In this document: in pieces, positions 26,215 to 32,000 of the stretch
Layout of the letters: the number at the start of each line of letters is the position of its first letter
How positions within the stretch are numbered: the stretch's first letter is position 1
DNA from: Pseudodesulfovibrio piezophilus C1TLV30
Lineage (GTDB): Bacteria > Desulfobacterota > Desulfovibrionia > Desulfovibrionales > Desulfovibrionaceae
DNA: 32,000 nt
Direction of reading: 5' to 3'
NCBI RefSeq assembly: GCF_000341895.1
Contig: NC_020409.1
Location: 3,602,411-3,634,410 of the forward strand
The notes under the pieces: generated by a model
What the model saw: only the letters and a program-made list of their open reading frames with translations
What the model was told of the DNA's origin: nothing
The model's database searches: none
Made by a program: the position numbers and the translations under genes

Positions 26215-27198
26215 TTATCTTTTCAGCGTCTTCAAGACGTCTTCGGTAAAATAGGTAAGAATAAGATCGGCTCCAGCGCGTTTGAAAGCAACAAGAGCTT
26301 CCATAACCACGCCTTCTTCATCGATCCAACCATTTTGGGCTGCGGCCTTGATCATGGAATATTCACCACTGACCTGATAGGCCGCGACTGGGGTGTCAAA
26401 GTTGTCACGGACCTGCCTGAGGATATCCAGGTACGGCATACCGGGTTTGACCATGAGAATATCCGCGCCTTCTTCAAGGTCTGCTACGGCTTCACGCATG
26501 GCTTCTCTGCTATTGGGCGGGTCCATCTGATATGTCTTGCGGTCGCCGAACTGGGGTGAGGATTCAGCTGCTTCGCGAAAAGGTCCATAGAAGGATGATG
26601 CATATTTCACCGCGTAAGACATGATTGGGGTATTGATAAAGCCAGCATCATCCAGAGCGGCACGTATTGCTGCCACACGGCCATCCATCATGTCGGATGG
26701 AGCGACGATGTCTGCCCCGGCCCGAGCCTGGGCCACAGCCGTTTTGGCCAGAAGATTCAATGTGGGATCATTAACGACATAGTCATTTTTGACAATGCCG
26801 CAATGGCCATGAGATGTATACTCACACAGGCACGTATCTGCACAGACGACAAGTTCCGGCCAGGTATCCTTGAGCATACGGATGGCTTTTTGAACAATCC
26901 CGGCATCGTCGTATGCTTGTGAACCCACTGCATCCTTTTCTGCTGGTATGCCAAAAAGAATGCAGGATTTTAAGCCGTTTTCTACGGCTTCTCCGACTTT
27001 CTTCTTCAGCTGTTCGAGTGACAACTGATATTGACCGGGCATAGATGATATTTCTTTCATGAAAGAAACGTCATCTGTTTCGGCAACAAAGTAAGGCATG
27101 ATCAAATCATTGGCGGTGATCTCATTTTCGCGGACAAGCTGACGCAGGGTCAGGCTGTTGCGAAGTCTGCGACCACGGAAAAAATCAGTAGGAATCAT
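26215..27198 (-). CDS. hemB: Porphobilinogen synthase (delta-aminolevulinate dehydratase), zinc type
   Basis: FRGRRLR N-terminus, Cys-rich Zn site [14 protein letters not shown], and the Schiff-base lysine context [16 protein letters not shown] 27198 with GGAG 5 nt upstream is preferred over the track's TTG 27261, which has no RBS. Confidence 0.9.
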   Translation of the reverse strand: MIPTDFFRGRRLRNSLTLRQLVRENEITANDLIMPYFVAETDDVSFMKEISSMPGQYQLSLEQLKKKVGEAVENGLKSCILFGIPAEKDAVGSQAYDDAGIVQKAIRMLKDTWPELVVCADTCLCEYTSHGHCGIVKNDYVVNDPTLNLLAKTAVAQARAGADIVAPSDMMDGRVAAIRAALDDAGFINTPIMSYAVKYASSFYGPFREAAESSPQFGDRKTYQMDPPNSREAMREAVADLEEGADILMVKPGMPYLDILRQVRDNFDTPVAAYQVSGEYSMIKAAAQNGWIDEEGVVMEALVAFKRAGADLILTYFTEDVLKTLKR

Positions 27199-27289
27199 GG
27201 TTGCTCCATTCAAGAGATTTACTGTGAAGTCATCTGTACCTGTTTTTGCGAATCTCGCCAATCAAGTGCATGATTTTTCATTCCGGCAC

Positions 27290-27315
27290 AAAAAAGGCCG
27301 CTCAGGGGCAGCGAC
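27290..27315 (-). terminator. Second, weaker terminator-like hairpin in the ahbC-hemB spacer
   Basis: The minus-strand RNA reads GTCGCT-GCCCCTG-AGCGGC (one G-U pair) followed by CTTTTTTG. Confidence 0.35.
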
Positions 27316-27344
27316 GAGGAGTTCGTCATACCTGGCGGCATGGA

Positions 27345-27397
27345 CCAAAAGAGTGGAAAGGCGGCCGGGAAGCTTCAGGTGAAGCTCCTCGGCCGCC
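27345..27397 (-). terminator. Very stable hairpin 11 nt after the ahbC stop (terminator, attenuator or processing site)
   Basis: The minus-strand RNA reads GGCGGCCG-A-GGAGCTTC-ACCT-GAAGCTTC-C-CGGCCGCC. That is 8 bp, one mismatch, 8 bp and a 4-nt loop. It is followed by TTTCCACTCTTTTGG. Confidence 0.55.
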
Positions 27398-27408
27398 GTG
27401 CATTTCTT

Positions 27409-28602
27409 TTACAGCTTTTCGCCGCTGATCTCTTCGTCTGTAAGATAACAGGCAGGGTCCTGCGCCCAGAAGTCGTCGTAGACAGCTTCTGCGCGAGCAC
27501 GGAAATTACCGCCACAAATGTTCAGGAAGCGACATGTTGCACATCGTCCGCCGACATGTGGTCGTTTATCTTTGAGCTTCTGGAGAAGTTCGATTTTGGG
27601 GTCAGTCCAGATTTCGGAGAACGGACGCTCTAGTACATTACCGAAAGTGATGTGCCGCATGAACTGGTCAGCATGGACCTTGCCATCCCAGGAAATGCAA
27701 CCGATGCCACGCCCGGAGGAGTTGCCCTCGTTCATTTTGAGCAGTTCGAGGACTTCTGCAGCGCGTTTGGGATCTTCCTTGAGCAATCTGTGATAAACGT
27801 GAGGACCGTCAGCATGGTTATCAACAGTCAGGACTTCTTTGGGAATGCCTTTGTCAAACAGTGCGCGTGTACGGTCCATGATCACATCAACGACTTCACG
27901 GGTTTCCTGGTGGTTCAGATCCTCTTTCATAAGATCGGAACCTCGGCCGGAGTAGACGAGATGGTAGAAACAGATGCGCGGGATTTCCATCGTTTCAATC
28001 AGATTAAAGAGGTGAGGAACTTCAACGGCATTGCGCTTGTTTATGGTGAAACGCAAACCGACTTTGAGCCCCTCGGCCATACAGTTTTCCACGCCCTTGA
28101 GGGCCTGTTTGTATGAGCCTTTGACTCCACGGAATTTGTCATGGACCTCTTCGGCCCCATCCAAAGAAATTCCGACGTAGGAAAGGCCGACCTCTTTGAG
28201 TTCTCTGGCCTTGGCTTTGGTAATGAGCGTGCCATTGGTGGAAATGACGGCGCGCATACCTTTGGAGGTCGCGTATTTGGCCAAGTCTACCAGGTCTTCA
28301 CGAACTAGGGGTTCGCCACCGGAGAAAAGCATGACGGGTGCGCCAAATTGCGCAAGATCATCAATGATTTCTTTTGCTTTCTCGTTCGAAATCGGGTCTT
28401 TTTGGCTGCTTGGATCGACCGCATGTGCGTAACAATGAACACACTTGAGGTTGCAGCGTTGGGTCATGTTCCAGACAACGACCGGTTTTTTGTCTTTGGC
28501 GAACTGCAGAAGATGGGAAGGCAGTTGGCCTGATTCGCGGTTGTAACGAAGAGCGTCTGAAGGCTCGACAGCACCGCAGTAAAGTTTGGAAATGCCTATC
28601 AT
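27409..28602 (-). CDS. ahbC: Radical SAM Fe-coproporphyrin III synthase AhbC (12,18-didecarboxysiroheme deacetylase)
   Basis: Radical SAM motif CNLKCVHC and C-terminal CATCRFLNICGG. ATG 28602 (MIGISKLYCGAVEPSD...) with AGAGAGG upstream is preferred, because the track's 28695 start would run through the upstream terminator hairpin. The AhbC assignment is by synteny. Confidence 0.7.
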   Translation of the reverse strand: MIGISKLYCGAVEPSDALRYNRESGQLPSHLLQFAKDKKPVVVWNMTQRCNLKCVHCYAHAVDPSSQKDPISNEKAKEIIDDLAQFGAPVMLFSGGEPLVREDLVDLAKYATSKGMRAVISTNGTLITKAKARELKEVGLSYVGISLDGAEEVHDKFRGVKGSYKQALKGVENCMAEGLKVGLRFTINKRNAVEVPHLFNLIETMEIPRICFYHLVYSGRGSDLMKEDLNHQETREVVDVIMDRTRALFDKGIPKEVLTVDNHADGPHVYHRLLKEDPKRAAEVLELLKMNEGNSSGRGIGCISWDGKVHADQFMRHITFGNVLERPFSEIWTDPKIELLQKLKDKRPHVGGRCATCRFLNICGGNFRARAEAVYDDFWAQDPACYLTDEEISGEKL

Positions 28603-28660
28603 GTGGTTTAAACCTCTCTTATGAAGTGAAGGTTTCAGGTAGCATACAAAAGTGCAGGTG

Positions 28661-28696
28661 AAAAGACGAAATGAGGACCCGTAAAAGGTCCTCATT
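28661..28696 (-). terminator. Rho-independent terminator after the OmpA-domain lipoprotein gene
   Basis: AATGAGGACC (28670-28679), loop of 7 nt, GGTCCTCATT (28687-28696). On the minus strand it is followed by TCGTCTTTT. Confidence 0.75.
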
Positions 28697-28751
28697 CTTT
28701 TTCTTCAGCAAACGATAGTAGTAGTTATCAAAAAGTCAAGGTGAATGGAGA

Positions 28752-29900
28752 TTATTCTGCCAGTCTAATCTCAACGCGTCGATTCTTTTTCAAATCGGCA
28801 GCAGTTTTTCCTGTGGTCAAGGGACGTGATTGACCATAGCCCACAGCTTGCATGGTTTCCGGTGCTATATTCCATTTTGAGACAAGATATTCTTTGACTG
28901 CCTGGGCACGTTTTTTGGAAAGATTCAGGTTGTACAGTTCTGAACCAGTGGCATCAGTATGTCCTGCAATGATAATTGATTTACCTGTCAGTTCCGGAGA
29001 TGTCATGGCTTGGCCTACTGAATCGAGCAGAGTATATGATTCCTGATCAATAATTGCGTTGTCGAATTTGAAATGGATGTCCAGATTCACACCTTTTACC
29101 TGGGGGCGCTGGGAGGGAACTTCTTTGGCCGAGGGCTGTTTGGCAGTGGTCTCGGGAGGGAGGTCCGTTTCTATTTTTTGCTGATCTGTAGAAGTTTTCA
29201 GTGGGGCAGGAGCAAGAGGTTCTGCCGTCAGATTGGCTTTGACTTCCTGAACATTGGCAGCAAACGGATAGTTGGAATCAGGAGTGGGCAACCAGCCTTT
29301 GAGCGGCAGTGCCATGTCTTTTGCTATGGCACGTATGATTTTATTGAACGGACCTTCTGACATGCGGTATGCCTGCTGGAAAACTATGTAGTCTTCGGTT
29401 TCTCGTTTGGCGATTCTTCCTGACTGTATCATGTCCCAGAGGAGTTCCCCACTCTCGGTCGAGTATATTTTTATGGCGATGGTTATGGCTGTATCATCCA
29501 AAGTGTGCCCCGCATAGAAATAAGGGACATACCCGAGAACAAGCAGGTCGGCTCCTCGAAAACGCGCTTGTGCCAGAGCTTCTTGCATTCCTTTGTTCAG
29601 AGTGTCGTGCCGCAGCTCTTGAGTGGGGAATAGACGTTCTTCAGTCCAGGCATAATGAAAAATTTCGGCAAAGGTATTTGCGAGGTGTCTATAGTCACTG
29701 TTTGGCTGTTGGATGATAAAAGGTGGAATATAGGCTGTGAGTGGTCGGTACTCTTTCCCCTTTGGGTGGATAGAAACCTGAAGTGACGATTTCCTGACAG
29801 GCACATCGTGGTATATGGTTGGTGGTTCCGAAAGGGAAGCATCGATGTGTCCACATGCTGCGAGTATAGATAACAGGCCTAGAAGTAGTATCTTTTTCAT
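28752..29900 (-). CDS. Lipoprotein with a C-terminal OmpA-like peptidoglycan-binding domain
   Basis: ATG 29900 gives MKKILLLGLLSILAACG, a signal peptide with a lipobox, with GGTGGA upstream. A Pro/Thr/Lys-rich linker follows. The C-terminus (IIIAGHTDATGSELYNLNLSKKRAQAVKEYL...GYGQSRPL...NRRVEIRL) is a canonical OmpA_C domain. The N-terminal globular domain is unassigned. Confidence 0.85.
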   Translation of the reverse strand: MKKILLLGLLSILAACGHIDASLSEPPTIYHDVPVRKSSLQVSIHPKGKEYRPLTAYIPPFIIQQPNSDYRHLANTFAEIFHYAWTEERLFPTQELRHDTLNKGMQEALAQARFRGADLLVLGYVPYFYAGHTLDDTAITIAIKIYSTESGELLWDMIQSGRIAKRETEDYIVFQQAYRMSEGPFNKIIRAIAKDMALPLKGWLPTPDSNYPFAANVQEVKANLTAEPLAPAPLKTSTDQQKIETDLPPETTAKQPSAKEVPSQRPQVKGVNLDIHFKFDNAIIDQESYTLLDSVGQAMTSPELTGKSIIIAGHTDATGSELYNLNLSKKRAQAVKEYLVSKWNIAPETMQAVGYGQSRPLTTGKTAADLKKNRRVEIRLAE

Positions 29901-30000
29901 AACGTCCACCGGATTGATGTTGCAATGATTCCGAGGAGTGCGCCACTGTACTGACACTCCGAAGAGAATGAACATGAAAAGCAATATATGTGCCGCAGAG

Positions 30001-30333
30001 CTACTGAAGTCTTTCGGTGGGGGAGGGCGCAGACTCAATGGATTCGAGAAGTTGTTCTTTGGATTCAAGCAATCCCTGGCGCAGGAGTATTTTTTTCCCG
30101 GTTGAAAGCTTGCGAAATTCAGGCCTGTCTGCCAAGTCGCTCAGGCGATCCATTTCATTGAGTATGTTTCGGATCAGAGTTTGAATGTCCTTGCCTCGCG
30201 GGCTGAGTTGCGAGGCAAGGACTGCGAGTTCACGAATTTCATGTGCCATTTTCTTGAAGTTCCGGGGCTGTATCTGACGTGCCAGTTGACGCTGTGCGCG
30301 AAAGCTCTCGACCTTATCCCTGAACCATCCCAT
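30001..30333 (-). CDS. Hypothetical 110-aa, probably all-helical soluble protein
   Basis: AGGGAG lies 7 nt before the ATG, and the gene starts 11 nt after the upstream gene's stop. No competing ORF on the other strand. No domain recognised. Confidence 0.55.
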   Translation of the reverse strand: MGWFRDKVESFRAQRQLARQIQPRNFKKMAHEIRELAVLASQLSPRGKDIQTLIRNILNEMDRLSDLADRPEFRKLSTGKKILLRQGLLESKEQLLESIESAPSPTERLQ

Positions 30334-30344
30334 ACCTATGCTCC

Positions 30345-31487
30345 CTAAATTAACAGTCCGGAACTGTTTGCTGAATAAAAGCCAGCAATCATGGCTAGTA
30401 GGATAGGAATAAGGGTAATAGGAATGATTTTCGAGTAGGATGAACTGTGTACCTGTTTAAGCCCCACAACCGTCAGGGCAAGACGCAGGATGACGGTGAT
30501 ACACATCCACCCTAACTGGATATTCATGGTCGGCATAGGGAAAAGCCCCAGAATAACCGGTGTGTTGGAGTAGGCCAAGACGCGGAATGTCCCTTCGAAA
30601 CCTTGCCGATCCTCTTGGGTCAGCTTCAAGAGAAGATGGTATAATCCGGCCATGAGAAATTGACCGGCAGTAACGACAGCAGGCATGAGAAGCAGGATAG
30701 TAAGCATTGCTGTTGATGACACTTCATTGGTCAATGAATTATTGTTTCCCGTGAGTGGAGAAAGTCCTCCAAGTCCCCAAAGAAATTGGAATAATTCCTG
30801 AATCATTGGGAGTAAGATGGCAAAAGCCAGAGGTTTGGAAAGCCCTCCGCCGACCGGCATGACTGAAAAAAAGAGTTTTGGAGATGTCAGAATCAGTTTG
30901 ATGGTCAGGAACAAGCCAGGAAAAAAACCATAGCGATCCAATTGCTCAAAAGGAGGCGGGACCAAAATGGAGTTGTGTTCTTCCTCTTCAGATTTCAATG
31001 ATTCCTGCATCGGATCTGGGAAATCTTCATTGAATTCACCTGTCCATCCGGGAACAGGCTCTTGATTTTTTTGTTGATATGATTTTTCGCGCGGTTCTTC
31101 TGTGTGATTTTGTTCCCGCGAGGTCTCTGGGGGGCGCATACTGTCAAGCTTCTCCCACAGTCCTTCCTCTGTTTTTTCGCCTGGGGCTGTGAGGGAAGGA
31201 AGGTCGGACTCTTCTTCCATTTTACGCTTTTTATCCGAGTTTTTCGGTGTTGGAGAGACTGTCTCGGCTTGATCCGATGGAATCTCTTCATGTGTCGTTT
31301 GCGCGGGAGGGGTGGTAGGGAGAGTAGAAGTCTCCTCCTGTTCTTCAATGACGAAATCATCCTCAGGGATGTCCCGAAATTGAAATTTGGTCCGGCACTT
31401 GGGGCATGTCGCCATAGCAGAACGTGCCGGAATCTTCGTTTCGTCAACTTCTCTGCCAAATTGGCATTCAGGGCAAATTATTTCCAT
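30345..31487 (-). CDS. Membrane protein with an N-terminal MJ0042-type CxxC zinc ribbon, an acidic disordered linker and a C-terminal Yip1-like 5-TM domain
   Basis: MEIICPECQFGREVDETKIPARSAMATCPKCRTKFQF is a two-CxxC zinc ribbon. About 150 aa of E/P/T/S-rich linker follow, then a hydrophobic domain resembling the Yip1 family. ATG 31487 has GAGGA 6 nt upstream; the track's ATG 31493 abuts the RBS. Confidence 0.7.
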   Translation of the reverse strand: MEIICPECQFGREVDETKIPARSAMATCPKCRTKFQFRDIPEDDFVIEEQEETSTLPTTPPAQTTHEEIPSDQAETVSPTPKNSDKKRKMEEESDLPSLTAPGEKTEEGLWEKLDSMRPPETSREQNHTEEPREKSYQQKNQEPVPGWTGEFNEDFPDPMQESLKSEEEEHNSILVPPPFEQLDRYGFFPGLFLTIKLILTSPKLFFSVMPVGGGLSKPLAFAILLPMIQELFQFLWGLGGLSPLTGNNNSLTNEVSSTAMLTILLLMPAVVTAGQFLMAGLYHLLLKLTQEDRQGFEGTFRVLAYSNTPVILGLFPMPTMNIQLGWMCITVILRLALTVVGLKQVHSSSYSKIIPITLIPILLAMIAGFYSANSSGLLI

Positions 31488-31578
31488 CGTCATTCCTCGA
31501 AAGACGTTGCGGTCAGTATCGTGTGCTCGTAGCTATTTTGTACGGAAGAATCAAGTTTGGTGCAAATATGGTCAAATG

Positions 31579-32000
31579 CTATACGGGATTCTCTTCAAGC
31601 AGCATGACTTGGAGAGTCCCTGCAATGAAAGAGGCTTCAGCGAAGTGAGAGCGTTTCAGGCTTGGGTATTCATTATTGAGGATGTGATGTATACGGTCGC
31701 CACCGGCTTTGTCAAAGCGTTCCAGCTTTGCAGTCAATTCTTTGGTCCCTTTTCGAAGGCGGCTGAAATGTACAATAGGCGCGTCAACAGCCAGGGCCGT
31801 TCGTCCTGTTATGCCATGGAGACGCTCATGCACAGGGCGATCAAATGTGATCCCCGGGAGATTTTTGAAAAGGCGTAATTGCAGGTCCGGCCATAACCCG
31901 AATCCGATCTTGCTGTTCTCTGAGTCCGGGTACAATGTCATGCGGGGAAAGTAGCATGCTTCCAGGCGTTTAATGAGCAGAAGGGCAGTGAAAAGTGCCC
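31579..32000 (-). CDS. C-terminal part of a probable family-2 glycosyltransferase (gene continues beyond the window end)
   Basis: The reading frame stays open from 31941 up to base 32000 with no stop, so the Met at 31941 is internal. LRLFKNLPGITFDRPVHERL resembles the conserved tail of many GT2 enzymes. Confidence 0.5.
   Translation of the reverse strand, partial: ALFTALLLIKRLEACYFPRMTLYPDSENSKIGFGLWPDLQLRLFKNLPGITFDRPVHERLHGITGRTALAVDAPIVHFSRLRKGTKELTAKLERFDKAGGDRIHHILNNEYPSLKRSHFAEASFIAGTLQVMLLEENPV

Noticed and set aside
8464-26254. Other long antisense ORFs: 8464-8979 (+), 10633-11241 (-), 13970-14605 (+), 15928-16410 (+), 24221-24727 (+), 25772-26254 (+).
   Set aside because: Each lies opposite a gene with clear family motifs. 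None has a start context or recognisable domain. All show Arg/Ser/Pro-rich antisense-type composition.
1-32000. Search for CRISPR arrays, IS or transposase genes, integrases, phage genes, toxin-antitoxin pairs, and tRNA or rRNA genes.
   Set aside because: I saw no spaced direct repeats, terminal inverted repeats or recombinase-like ORFs. All gaps over 80 nt are accounted for by promoters, terminators or leaders. The window looks like syntenic core genome rather than an accessory island.

Overview
This window reads as core chromosome from a Desulfovibrio-like sulfate reducer. That inference rests on gene content and on the ahbA-ahbD-hemB-ahbC order; no database search was possible.

Gene content, left to right:
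- (+) The end of the spc and alpha ribosomal operons: rplO', secY, map, rpmJ (missing from the ORF track), rpsM, rpsK, rpsD, rpoA, rplQ. adk and infA are absent.
- (+) A LysR regulator.
- (-) A tightly packed tetR-mqnE-mqnC-mqnA operon, divergent from (+) mqnD. This is the futalosine route to menaquinone.
- (-) An EamA transporter.
- (-) An Mla/Pqi-like lipid-transport operon: STAS-MlaE fusion, MlaF-like ATPase, MCE protein with a long helical tail, PqiC-like lipoprotein. It is followed by darP/yjgA and a small Cys-rich ORF.
- (+) lrp-putA.
- (-) rpe, then uup (ABC-F) and a GNAT gene.
- (-) The alternative (siroheme-dependent) heme cluster ahbC | hemB-ahbD-ahbA, plus a small 4-TM protein.
- (-) A glycosyltransferase fragment, a zinc-ribbon/Yip1 membrane protein, a 110-aa unknown protein and an OmpA-domain lipoprotein.

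I found no tRNA or rRNA genes, no CRISPR array, and no transposase, integrase or phage genes. I found no obvious defence island. Most of the window is ordinary housekeeping DNA, and I cannot point to a clear-cut novel system.

The items most worth a second look are:
- the uncharacterised zinc-ribbon/Yip1, 110-aa and OmpA-lipoprotein envelope module;
- the His/Gly/Pro-rich N-terminal extension on AhbD;
- the TetR promoter and operator in front of the futalosine operon;
- the STAS-MlaE fusion;
- the small membrane protein at the end of the ahb operon;
- the structured 210-nt spacer between ahbC and hemB.

All product calls come from motif recognition by eye and should be confirmed by HMM or BLAST searches.
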